DNA from: Candidatus Omnitrophota bacterium
Lineage (GTDB): Bacteria > Omnitrophota > Gorgyraeia > Gygaellales > UBA12090
NCBI GenBank assembly: GCA_030674475.1
Contig: JAUSCZ010000042.1
Span: forward strand, 11,139 to 75,138
DNA: 64,000 nucleotides
Direction: 5' to 3'
Position numbers and translations under genes: made by a program. Positions 43,706 to 52,664 of the stretch are shown here, piece by piece (positions within the stretch are counted from its first letter, which is position 1; every line of letters starts with the position of its first letter). The notes under the pieces were generated by a model. The model was not told the origin of the DNA. It did no database searches and was given only the letters and a program-made list of their open reading frames with translations.

Positions 43706-44811
43706 AATTTAAGCATAAGAAAACTGCCGATAGTTCCAAATATGATATTAGGCATCCACATACTGATAACCGGGGATAGGTATCCTTGCAGGCTTAAGGA
43801 TTCAAAGGCGATTAAGAGAAGGTAATAGGCTATCACAATGAGAAAGGCCAGGCCGAAATTCATGGTTTTCTCCCGGCGGTGGGTGATTACCGCCAGCGGC
43901 GCGGCAACGAGCATGAAGATAAAGCTGGAGAAAGCCAGGGCAAGTTTCTGGTGCAGATGGGTGACCAATGGCGCCGTATCAATAGATTGGGCGGAGTACT
44001 CGTGTATTTGTTTTTTTAACTCTTTGATAGTCATATCTTTAGGTTTCTTCTCCACTTCTCTTTTATCGTCAGGGTTGTCCAGGGTGAGGGTTATGTAGTA
44101 GGTCTTGAAATTAAGCTTAAAAAACTCACCCGGATTATTCGGGTCAGGTTCATCCGAGGTTCCGTTGGTAAGCTTAAGTTTGACGGTCTTTTTCTCAGGG
44201 ATGGAAACGAACTCGCCTCTTTTGGCTACGATGGTCCGGGTGGGCTTATCTTTTCCCTGCGGTTCGTAGATGCGCACATTATTGAGGATGTTGCGTTCTT
44301 TGGTCTGTTTGTTGCGCTCAATAGAATAGACAAACAAGACATAATTTTGAAAAGAATCAATAAATGTCCCCGGCTCCAGGGCCGCGGTAGGGTTTTTCAG
44401 GCCGATTTCCACCAGGGTTTTACGGCTGGCATAGTGGGCTTTGGGAATAATCTTGTCGTTCATGATTATCAGGAATAGGCTTAAAACCAGCCCTGAGACC
44501 AAGAGTGGAAAAATAACCTTGAAGATATTTATCCCGCTTGAGCGGATAGCCAGGATTTCATTATCCGAGGAAAGCCGTCCCAGGGAAAGCAGGGTGGCGC
44601 TGAGGACCGCGATAGGAATGGTGTAGGTTAATAAATAGGGTATCAGAAAAAGAAAGAGTTTGGCTACGCTGAAGAAATTTACCCCTTTGGTGATAATCAG
44701 TTCAATGAGCTGGATTAGATTTCCCAACAGCATAACAAAGATCAGCACCGCCAAAGAAAATATAAACGGCAGGCTGAATTCTTTTAAAAGATAATCGCGA
44801 AGTATTTTCAT
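43693..44811 (-). CDS. lptF: LPS export permease LptF
   Basis: GRLSSDNEILAIRSSG, 3+3 TM layout. Confidence 0.85.
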   Translation of the reverse strand: MKILRDYLLKEFSLPFIFSLAVLIFVMLLGNLIQLIELIITKGVNFFSVAKLFLFLIPYLLTYTIPIAVLSATLLSLGRLSSDNEILAIRSSGINIFKVIFPLLVSGLVLSLFLIIMNDKIIPKAHYASRKTLVEIGLKNPTAALEPGTFIDSFQNYVLFVYSIERNKQTKERNILNNVRIYEPQGKDKPTRTIVAKRGEFVSIPEKKTVKLKLTNGTSDEPDPNNPGEFFKLNFKTYYITLTLDNPDDKREVEKKPKDMTIKELKKQIHEYSAQSIDTAPLVTHLHQKLALAFSSFIFMLVAAPLAVITHRREKTMNFGLAFLIVIAYYLLLIAFESLSLQGYLSPVISMWMPNIIFGTIGSFLMLKLCVS

Positions 44812-45536
44812 TAGCTTGCCAGCGTAAACACATACACCGCGCTTGCGCGCGCGTTTTTGAGGATCCTTGAGGCCTCGGAAGCGGTGGCCCCGGTGGTTAA
44901 GACATCGTCCAGCAGCAATATGGTTTTTCCTTTTATGGTATCGGGATTTGTTATTCTAAAAGCGCCGGAAATATTCTTCCAGCGGCTCTCTTTATCCAGG
45001 TCAGCCTGGGCCGGAGTATTACGGACGCGTTTTAGATTATTGCTGAGCAATTGGATTCCGAAATATCCGGCTATCTCTTTGGCTAAAACTTCCGCCTGGT
45101 TAAATTCCCTTTCCCTGAGCTTGGCCGGGGAAAGGGGTATGGGTATCAGGTAATCGCAGTGATTCAGGGGAAGATGGTAGTGCCGGATGAAATCTATCAT
45201 TAGTTCGGACAACGGTTTCGCGAGAAAAATTTTATTTTTGTATTTAAATTGATGGATAAGTTCTCTAGCGTTTTCCTGGTAAGGACAGACTGTCCAGGCC
45301 CGCTCAAAATAAAATCGGGCATTTAGACATTCTCCGCAGGTATGCTTAGCGGTATCTTCTTGCGCGAGGCCCCTTCCGCATTTCCGGCAAAAAGGAGGGA
45401 GGTGAGGCGAAATCTCCTTAAGGCATTTTAGACAGACCAAATCCTTTTGGTCATTAAGAGGTATTTTCTCCCGGCACAACAGGCAGTGCCGGGGATAGAG
45501 TATCTCTTTTAACGACTTGATCAAGGTGCTGACCAT
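44811..45536 (-). CDS. comF: ComF family protein (Zn ribbon + PRTase)
   Basis: Four CxxC pairs, FNQA, LLDDVLTTGAT; alternative start 45572. Confidence 0.9.
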   Translation of the reverse strand: MVSTLIKSLKEILYPRHCLLCREKIPLNDQKDLVCLKCLKEISPHLPPFCRKCGRGLAQEDTAKHTCGECLNARFYFERAWTVCPYQENARELIHQFKYKNKIFLAKPLSELMIDFIRHYHLPLNHCDYLIPIPLSPAKLREREFNQAEVLAKEIAGYFGIQLLSNNLKRVRNTPAQADLDKESRWKNISGAFRITNPDTIKGKTILLLDDVLTTGATASEASRILKNARASAVYVFTLAS

Positions 45537-45790
45537 AGAAAATTTGGAAGCTTTCCCTGGTAAATTTAGCATAGTGCGCGAAATTTTGCCTTAACTTAAT
45601 AATTTTAACATATTATAGAAAAGGCTTGCTACAAAGTCGGGAAAGCTTCAAAATTTAGTATAGCAACAAAGGATAACGATGTCAAATATGGAAAAAAATA
45701 GTTTATAGTTTATAGTTGATAGTGTATAGTCTATGGTTTTGTTTTAGCTATAAACTATACACCGTACACCATAAACTGTTATTTTTGCTA

Positions 45791-45819
45791 TTGCAAAATC
45801 CGGGGTTATGCGGTAAAAT
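45791..45819 (+). promoter_or_regulatory. pyrE promoter (probably leaderless)
   Basis: TTGCAA, 17 bp, TAAAAT, 6 nt, ATG. Confidence 0.6.
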
Positions 45820-45825
45820 AATTTT

Positions 45826-46392
45826 ATGAATAAAACAACGGTTAATCTTAAGCTCAGAGCCCAGTTATTAAAATTGCTTAAAAAAGAGGCCTTCAGGCGC
45901 AAAGAGGTAGTTTTGTCCTCCGGTAAAACCAGTTCCTTTTACATAGACGGCAGATGCGTTACTTTGAGCGCGGAGGGGGCGTATTTGACTGCCTGTCTTA
46001 TTTTTGATTTGTTGAAGACGCGTAAATTTGAAGCCGTAGGCGGGCCAACCTTAGGCGCTGACCCGATAGTCGGAGCCTTAGCCGCTATAAGTTATACCAA
46101 GAAGAAATCTTTTAAGACCTTTATTATCCGCAAAACCCCCAAGGCTCACGGAGCCAGGCGGCAGATTGAAGGGCCGCGTTTAAGGCCGGGCGCGAAGCTT
46201 ATTTTGGTTGATGATGTGGCGACTTCAGGGAAATCTTTTTTAGAGTCCATAGATGTGCTGCGCGCTGAAGGCTTCAAGGTGGATACGGCTATCTGTATTG
46301 TTGACCGCCAGGAAGGTGCCTCAGCCGCCCTGGCCCAAAAGAATTGTCAGCTTATTCCTCTATTTATCCCCAAAGATTTCGGAATCAAATAA
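45826..46392 (+). CDS. pyrE: Orotate phosphoribosyltransferase
   Basis: LSSGKTSSFYID, RKTPKAHG, VDDVATSG, IVDRQEG. Confidence 0.93.
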   Translation: MNKTTVNLKLRAQLLKLLKKEAFRRKEVVLSSGKTSSFYIDGRCVTLSAEGAYLTACLIFDLLKTRKFEAVGGPTLGADPIVGALAAISYTKKKSFKTFIIRKTPKAHGARRQIEGPRLRPGAKLILVDDVATSGKSFLESIDVLRAEGFKVDTAICIVDRQEGASAALAQKNCQLIPLFIPKDFGIK

Positions 46393-46403
46393 ATAGCAAT
46401 CCT

Positions 46404-46530
46404 GTAGAGGCTGGGTCAAATAAACATTTTTGGCGAATAGGCGGGACATTCTTGTCCCGCTCTCGATGAGGCGGGGTTAGAAAACCCCGCCTATCCGACC
46501 AGAAAAAGCAATTATGACCCAACCTCTGTA
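46404..46530. repeat. Nested REP-like palindromes
   Basis: Outer AGAGGCTGGGTCA/TGACCCAACCTCT enclosing GCGGGACA..TGTCCCGC and AGGCGGGGTT..AACCCCGCCT. Confidence 0.65.
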
Positions 46531-46605
46531 AGGGCGGTCCGCGCATCTTACCCGCGAAAAATGAGAAATACCATATATTTTATTAGTCTTCGCCAAAGAT
46601 AACCG

Positions 46606-47850
46606 ATGGATACCTGCGATGTTGCCGTTATCGGAGGCGGGCCGGCAGGAATGATGGCGGCTATCCGCGCCGCCGGGCTTAAAAAAGATGTGTGGTTATT
46701 AGAAAGAGGTGATTCTTTAGGCCGGAAACTTTTACTCAGTGGTAAAGAACGATGCAATGTTACTAATATGGCCCAACTGGATGATTTTATGGCTAAGTTT
46801 GGTCGGCAGGGGGATTTCCTGCGAACAGCTTTTTCGCGATTTTTCAATCAGGATTTAATAGATTTTTTTCAGGTCAAAGGTTTGGAATTGAAGGTGGAGC
46901 GGCAGGGCCGGGTTTTTCCGGTAACGGATCGGGCCTCTTCGGTTTTGGACGCGCTTAAAGATTATCTACGGGAAAATAAGGTCAAAATATTGTATAATAT
47001 CCGGGTAGCGACGATTAAAAAGGAAGGAGACATTTTTTCCTTAAACTCATCCGATGCCGGCACCCGGAAACTGTCGGCCAGGAAAGTAATTTTAGCCGCG
47101 GGAGGAGCCTCTTTTAGCTTTACTGGTTCAAGCGGTGATGGCTTTGCTTTAGCCGGAAAGTTAGGGCATACAATTACTCCTTTAAGAGCAGGTCTGGTGC
47201 CATTAAAGACCAAAGAGTCCTGGGTTAAAGAGTTGCGGGGGCTCAGCTTAAAAAATATCCGTCTCAGCTTTAAAAGTAAGGATAAGAAAATAGTTTCAAA
47301 TATCGGAGAATTGCTGTTTACCCATTTTGGGGTTTCCGGGCCATTGGTCCTGGATTTAAGCGGCTCAGTACTGCGATTACGGGATCAGAACAAGGAATTA
47401 TTTCTCTATATTGACCTTAAGCCTGGTTTGAGCCCTGAGCAGATTGAGGAAAGATTGTTGAGAGAATTTAGGCTGCAGGGGAGCAAGGGCATTAAAAACA
47501 TCCTCAAAGAGCTCTTACCGTTAAAGCTTATTGAAGTTTTTTTGAATCTATGCGGGTTAGACCCGGGTAAAAAAGGCAGTCAGATAAGCAAAGAAGAAAA
47601 AAACGCTATCGCGCGTCTTTTAAAGTCGCTGCCTTTAGAAATTAGCGGTCCCTTGCCGATAGAAGAAGCAATGGTTACCTGCGCGGGGGTACCGATTAAA
47701 GAAATTAACCCCAGAACCATGGAGTCAAGGCTGGTATCTGGATTATATTTTGCCGGAGAAATAATTGATGTTTCGGCCTCAAGCGGCGGATATAACTTAC
47801 AGCAGGCGTTTTCTACCGGATATCTGGCCGGGGAGTCGGCGGCTAAATGA
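46606..47850 (+). CDS. HI0933/BaiN-like FAD-dependent oxidoreductase
   Basis: GGGPAGMMAA, SGKERCNVTN, GRVFP, FTHFGVSGP, GGYNLQ. Confidence 0.9.
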   Translation: MDTCDVAVIGGGPAGMMAAIRAAGLKKDVWLLERGDSLGRKLLLSGKERCNVTNMAQLDDFMAKFGRQGDFLRTAFSRFFNQDLIDFFQVKGLELKVERQGRVFPVTDRASSVLDALKDYLRENKVKILYNIRVATIKKEGDIFSLNSSDAGTRKLSARKVILAAGGASFSFTGSSGDGFALAGKLGHTITPLRAGLVPLKTKESWVKELRGLSLKNIRLSFKSKDKKIVSNIGELLFTHFGVSGPLVLDLSGSVLRLRDQNKELFLYIDLKPGLSPEQIEERLLREFRLQGSKGIKNILKELLPLKLIEVFLNLCGLDPGKKGSQISKEEKNAIARLLKSLPLEISGPLPIEEAMVTCAGVPIKEINPRTMESRLVSGLYFAGEIIDVSASSGGYNLQQAFSTGYLAGESAAK

Positions 47851-47919
47851 AACTGACGGTTTTCTCGCTCAGGCCGATTTTTCGCCGCGAAAATCGTTAG
47901 TTTCATTTTAGAGAGTGTT

Positions 47920-48495
47920 ATGAGAAAAATAATTTTGGCTTCGCGATCAAAGGCCAGACAGAAGTTATTAAGGCAGATTGGGCTTAAATTCCAGACGGTT
48001 AGCTCGGACCTGAAAGAAAGCCGGAGCCTGAATAAAGGCTGCGCGAATTTAGTTATTAGCAATGCCTTAGTTAAGGCCAAAGATGCCGCCGCAAGATTCA
48101 ATTCCGGCGTGGTAATCGGGGCGGATACGGTAGTTTTAGCGGGAAAGAGAATTATCGGAAAGCCGAAAAACATTAAGGATGCCTTTAAAACCTTAAAATT
48201 GCTTTCCCGGGTTCCCCAATGGGTTTATACCGGAATCGTGGTGGTGGATATTGACCATAAAAATATTTTTTCGGATTTTGAAAAAACCAGAATTTATATG
48301 TGTCATTTAAGTGATGAGCAGATTAGGAATTATTTTAAGCGGGTTTCCCCTTTGGATAAGGCGGGAAGTTTTGATATTCAGGGTTTGGGGAGTATATTTA
48401 TTGACCGCATTGAAGGCTGTTTTTATAATGTAGTTGGGCTTCCTCTGGCAAAATTAGCCCGATTGCTTAAGAAAGCAGGAATCGATGTCTTTTAA
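47920..48495 (+). CDS. maf: Maf family nucleoside triphosphate pyrophosphatase
   Basis: ILASRS, IGADTVV, DKAGSF, NVVGLP. Confidence 0.92.
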   Translation: MRKIILASRSKARQKLLRQIGLKFQTVSSDLKESRSLNKGCANLVISNALVKAKDAAARFNSGVVIGADTVVLAGKRIIGKPKNIKDAFKTLKLLSRVPQWVYTGIVVVDIDHKNIFSDFEKTRIYMCHLSDEQIRNYFKRVSPLDKAGSFDIQGLGSIFIDRIEGCFYNVVGLPLAKLARLLKKAGIDVF

Positions 48496-49315
48496 TCTTA
48501 TTCTTAGCTCTTTACTCTTAGCTCTTAGTTCTGTATTATTTGGCTGTGCCACCGAATACAACGTAGCTACCCAAAGCGAAGAGTGGATTTATCACGATAC
48601 TGATAAAGAGATAAAGATAGGCAAGTCTGTGGCCCGGGAAATCGAGAAGGCCTACAAGATTAGTGAAAATCCTTTATTCCAGAATAGGGTTAAACAGATC
48701 GGAGCAAAGATTGCCGCTGTCTGCGACCGCAAAGAACTGATGTATTATTTTAATGTGATTGAGGCCCGGGAGGAAAAAGACCAGGAAGATATTGATGAAG
48801 AGGTAAACGCGATGGCCTTGCCCGGAGGCTATGTGTATTGTTTTAAGGGCCTGTTTATCGCGGCCAATCCTACTGATGATGAACTGGCCTGCGTCCTGGC
48901 CCATGAGGTCGGCCATATTGTGGCCAAGCACTCCCTTAAGAAACTGCAGGGCGCGATGGGCTATACCTTGTTGAGGATCGCGGCCATGGCTTCCGGAGCC
49001 CCGGAAGCCGGTTACGGCCTGGATGCGGCATTTTACCAATTGATGATGGGTTATTCCCAGGAGGATGAATTGCTCGCGGACAGGCTGGGGGTCCGTTATG
49101 CCAGGTTAGCCGGATACGACGGGCGCGGGATGATTACTTTCCTAGAGAAGCTTCAGCGGATAAACCGCAAAAAACCCCTGCGGCCTTTTTCTTACGGCAG
49201 GACCCATCCTTACGGGCCGGATAGAATCCGGGTGGTTAAAGAAGAAATGGGTGAGGGAATGAGTTTTAAAGATTATATTAACATTGAGAAAGCGGAGCAC
49301 GGGAGACATTATTGA
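48485..49315 (+). CDS. M48 family zinc metalloprotease lipoprotein
   Basis: Lipobox LFGC, NAMALPGG, HEVGH, ELLAD, THP. Confidence 0.88.
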   Translation: MSFNLILSSLLLALSSVLFGCATEYNVATQSEEWIYHDTDKEIKIGKSVAREIEKAYKISENPLFQNRVKQIGAKIAAVCDRKELMYYFNVIEAREEKDQEDIDEEVNAMALPGGYVYCFKGLFIAANPTDDELACVLAHEVGHIVAKHSLKKLQGAMGYTLLRIAAMASGAPEAGYGLDAAFYQLMMGYSQEDELLADRLGVRYARLAGYDGRGMITFLEKLQRINRKKPLRPFSYGRTHPYGPDRIRVVKEEMGEGMSFKDYINIEKAEHGRHY

Positions 49316-49360
49316 TTTGAATACAGGGCTTAGAAGCGGCAAATCGCGGAGATAAGTAAA

Positions 49361-49747
49361 ATGGAAAAGAAAAGAATCTTAGTGCTTGACGATGAAGTAA
49401 ACATCACCAGCATGATTAAGACTCGCTTGGAATATACCGGTGAATATGAGGTAAGGACTTTATCTGATGCCAAGAATATAGTCTCAGAGGTGCGTACTTT
49501 TAAGCCGGATTGTATACTTTTGGATTTGCTTATGCCGGAAATAGGGGGGATAGAGGTTTGTCAGATGCTTAATAACGACCCCCTGGGAATAACTATTCCC
49601 ATAATTGTGATTTCAGCCCTGGATAAGAATGTGGATAAGATTAAGGCTTACAAATTAGGGGTGGTTGATTACCTGACCAAACCTTTTGAGGCTAAGGCCC
49701 TGCTCTATGCTGTTGAGAAAGCGGTAAAATCCCGCCAGCCCAAATGA
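49361..49747 (+). CDS. Single-domain response regulator
   Basis: LDDE, LLDLLMP, ISA, KPF. Confidence 0.9.
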   Translation: MEKKRILVLDDEVNITSMIKTRLEYTGEYEVRTLSDAKNIVSEVRTFKPDCILLDLLMPEIGGIEVCQMLNNDPLGITIPIIVISALDKNVDKIKAYKLGVVDYLTKPFEAKALLYAVEKAVKSRQPK

Positions 49748-49761
49748 GAGAGAAAGCGCTG

Positions 49762-50124
49762 TTAAGCGTTGTTATTTCCTTCCTTAATTAAAGAATTAAT
49801 ATAGCGGACTATTTGTCTGCGGTTGTGTAAACCTACCCTGATAAATTTTATTCCGGTTTCAAAATAATTCTTTCCATTTTTTCCTTTTACGGCAGTTGGG
49901 CTTTGCCAGACTACTTTGGCTAAACCATAAAAGGGCGCTTCCTGCGAGGGAAGGGAGATGTTCAATTCCACCAGCGTTTCCGGTTTTACCTTTTCTTTTA
50001 TAGGTAGGCGGATTCCTCCTCCGCTGACATCCATAGCGCGGATTTCGCCTTCCTCGTTTGAGCCCATTATCTTATAAGCAACACTAATCTCGCCTTTAAT
50101 CCTGGGAAAACTTCTCTTTTCCAT
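49762..50124 (-). CDS. PilZ domain protein
   Basis: RxxxR (RSFPR) and DxSxxG (DVSGGG) both intact. Confidence 0.88.
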   Translation of the reverse strand: MEKRSFPRIKGEISVAYKIMGSNEEGEIRAMDVSGGGIRLPIKEKVKPETLVELNISLPSQEAPFYGLAKVVWQSPTAVKGKNGKNYFETGIKFIRVGLHNRRQIVRYINSLIKEGNNNA

Positions 50125-50163
50125 AGTTTTTGTCCTTTGGTTCAGCTTCTGATATTAAGTTAG

Positions 50164-50245
50164 TGCGGAAGGAGAGAGTTGAACTCTCAAGGGTTGCCCC
50201 ATACGCTTCTGAGACGTACGCGTATGCCAGTTCCGCCACTTCCGC
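50164..50245 (-). tRNA. tRNA-Leu(CAG)
   Basis: GCGGAAG/CTTCCGC acceptor, loop CTCAGAA, long variable arm; CCA not encoded. Confidence 0.92.
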
Positions 50246-50261
50246 AAAAACATATTGCTAT

Positions 50262-50290
50262 ATAATACCTTAGAGAAACTTTTCTGTCAA
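50262..50290 (-). promoter_or_regulatory. tRNA-Leu promoter
   Basis: TTGACA, 17 bp, TATTAT on minus strand. Confidence 0.7.
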
Positions 50291-50422
50291 TAAAGAAGGT
50301 GTTGTGATATAATGCGAATAAATTCAAATTACCAATGAGCATGAAAATAGAGCTTGGGTTATCCGCGTTCCGTAGCGGCGCGATTTATCGCGCCTGAGAG
50401 GAGATTTTCAGGCGAAAGACTT

Positions 50423-51400
50423 ATGAAACTTCTGTTTTATTTTAACTCGGTCTCCCAGATAATGCTTCAGATATTCCTTCTGGGGCTGGTGGGTTTTGTT
50501 TTGACCCGCCGGAAACTGCTTTCCCCGGAAGGGCTTACGGGGTTAACTACCTTTTTGATTGGAGTAAGTTTTCCGGCCCTGATTTTTTGGCAGGTTATTA
50601 CCAAATTCAGCTTTAGCCTGTATCCTCAGTGGTGGATATTTCCTTTAATCAGTTTAGCGATTACGCTTTTAGGCCTGGCCCTGGGGTATTTTTTCAGTTT
50701 TTCCCGGCGGGATATTAAATATAGGCGGGAATTTATCAGTCTGGTGGGTTTTCAGAACGCCGGATATATGCCTCTGATATTGCTTAACCGGATAGTTTCT
50801 AATAATGAGGCAGACACCGCGCTCATCTATCTATTTTTATTTTTACTGGGTTTTAACCTGGTGATTTGGTCCTGGGGGGTATATTTTCTATCCGGCCAGA
50901 AAAGAAAAGATTTTTCTTTGGGCAGTTTATTCAGCCCGCCGGTTATTGCCGTGCTTTTAGGTTTTTTGTTGGTGGCCTTAAAAATAAATCCATTTATTCC
51001 CGGCTTTGTCTTAGGGCCGCTGGAGATGCTGGGGAATTGTTCTTTTCCTTTGGCGGTGGTAGTAGTGGGGGCCAGCCTGGCGGAGTTGCGCCTATCCGAC
51101 AGACAGGACATCGCGGATAGGCTGGGGGAGAAAAAAATTATCTTTAAGCTGATTTTGGCTAAGTTGGTTGTCTTGCCTTTATTGGGATTATTGTTAATCC
51201 GCGGCCTGCGTCCGCCTTATTTAGTGGGCCTTTTGGTTATTCTGGAATTAGCGGTTCCTTCAGCCAACAGCCTGGCAGTTATATCCCGGCGTTATTGCCA
51301 GGAGGAGAAAATTATCAGCCAGGGAATATTCTTCAGCCATATCGCCAGCTTGATTACCATTCCTTTATTTTTGGCGATTTTTAACCTGATTGCTTTGTAG
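50423..51400 (+). CDS. AEC (auxin efflux carrier) family transporter
   Basis: About 10 TM, FQNAGYMPL, FSPPVIA, AVPSA; start placed at ATG 50423. Confidence 0.82.
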   Translation: MKLLFYFNSVSQIMLQIFLLGLVGFVLTRRKLLSPEGLTGLTTFLIGVSFPALIFWQVITKFSFSLYPQWWIFPLISLAITLLGLALGYFFSFSRRDIKYRREFISLVGFQNAGYMPLILLNRIVSNNEADTALIYLFLFLLGFNLVIWSWGVYFLSGQKRKDFSLGSLFSPPVIAVLLGFLLVALKINPFIPGFVLGPLEMLGNCSFPLAVVVVGASLAELRLSDRQDIADRLGEKKIIFKLILAKLVVLPLLGLLLIRGLRPPYLVGLLVILELAVPSANSLAVISRRYCQEEKIISQGIFFSHIASLITIPLFLAIFNLIAL

Positions 51401-51409
51401 CAGATTAAG

Positions 51410-51868
51410 ATGGAGAGAGTGGATATCGCGGTTAACCGCAAGGCCTTCAGGGATTACGAAATCTTAGAGCGCCTGGAGGCCGGGATAGTCCTGACCGGAG
51501 GTGAGGTAAAATCCCTCAGGGCCGCCAAGGCTGATCTTTCGGATAGTTTCGCCCGTATTGAAGAAAATGAGATTTCGTTGTATAATATGAACATAGCCAA
51601 TTATGCCCAGGCCAGCTATATGAATCTTGAGCCCAAGCGGATTCGCCGGCTTTTACTGCATCGTCCACAAATTCAAAGGCTTAAGGATAAAATCAGCCAG
51701 CGCGGCCTGACCCTTATTCCGCTGAAGGCCTATTTTAATGAGCGTGGGATAGCCAAGCTGGAGATAGCCTTGGCCAAGGGAAAAAAGTTCTATGACCACC
51801 GTGAGGATATCAAGCGCCGGGAATCCGATAGGTATCTGCGCCGGGCTTTAAAAAGCAGAGGCAAATGA
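51410..51868 (+). CDS. smpB: SsrA-binding protein
   Basis: NRKAFRDY, EAGIVLTGGEVKSLR, KGKKFYDHRE. Confidence 0.96.
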   Translation: MERVDIAVNRKAFRDYEILERLEAGIVLTGGEVKSLRAAKADLSDSFARIEENEISLYNMNIANYAQASYMNLEPKRIRRLLLHRPQIQRLKDKISQRGLTLIPLKAYFNERGIAKLEIALAKGKKFYDHREDIKRRESDRYLRRALKSRGK

Positions 51869-52023
51869 TGAGAGAAACACTAAGTTCTAAACTCGAAACA
51901 CTAAATAAATCCAAAAGCTTAAACCCTAAATTCAAAATACATGTTTTGAGTTTTGTATTTATGGTTTTGAGTTTGCTTAGAGTTTAGTATTTCGGGTTTC
52001 GAATTTTTTAAAATAGAAGCGAG

Positions 52024-52457
52024 GGGGGTGAAAGGTTTCGACTTAGACGAGTTGGGTATCAGTGGCATGCCGCGGACGCAGGGAAGGCCGCGATAACAAA
52101 CCTTGCAAAAGTCAAACGCTAAAAACGAGAATGATCGTTTATTAAAAACAGTTGAGGGTTATGTTGCTCCATTTTTTGTTGCAACACCCCGCCCTGTTTT
52201 TACAGCGCCAGTCTTCGCTCACTAATCTGAGCGAAGCCCCTTACCGTTTAGCCTAAGAAACGGCGTAGGGCAAATTAGATAGGCTGGTTTCCTGCCCTGC
52301 CCTGGGACAGGGAATGAGAGCTATAAAAGGGATGACCCTTAGGGAATCACGGTTATCGGAGGCCCTGAGGATGACGGTTAAAAAGGTAACCTACGCATTG
52401 TAGAGGCTGGTATTTGACTGTTTGAGGACGCGAGTTCGATTCTCGCCACCTCCACCA
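52024..52457 (+). ncRNA. ssrA: tmRNA (434 nt)
   Basis: GGGGGTG...TTCGAC 5' end; T-arm GCGAGTTCGATTCTCGC; CACCTCC-A-CCA 3' end with G3-U; directly after smpB. Confidence 0.95.
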
Positions 52458-52538
52458 ATTTTTTCATTAATGAAAAAATTGGTGGAGTCCGTTTTAATGT
52501 AAAACGGACTCTTCTATGCAGCATTAATGAAATGGGTA

Positions 52539-52615
52539 GTGTAGGGGTCAGCGTCCGCTGACCCTGTAATATCGTTGCCTTACCTGCCTGCCGGCAGGCA
52601 GGCGGCAACCGCTAC
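52539..52615 (-). repeat. Composite REP-like element
   Basis: GTAGGGGTCAGCGTCCGCTGACCC plus CCTGCCTGCCGGCAGGCAGG; inverted copy at 24069-24169. Confidence 0.85.
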
Positions 52616-52664
52616 TTATAAATAAGGATTAGATTTAAAATGTATTTCAGCGCCACAAATTTTT

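Noticed and set aside
52378-52608. 76 aa ORF MPPACRQAG
   Set aside because: Translation of a palindromic repeat and the tmRNA antisense strand.
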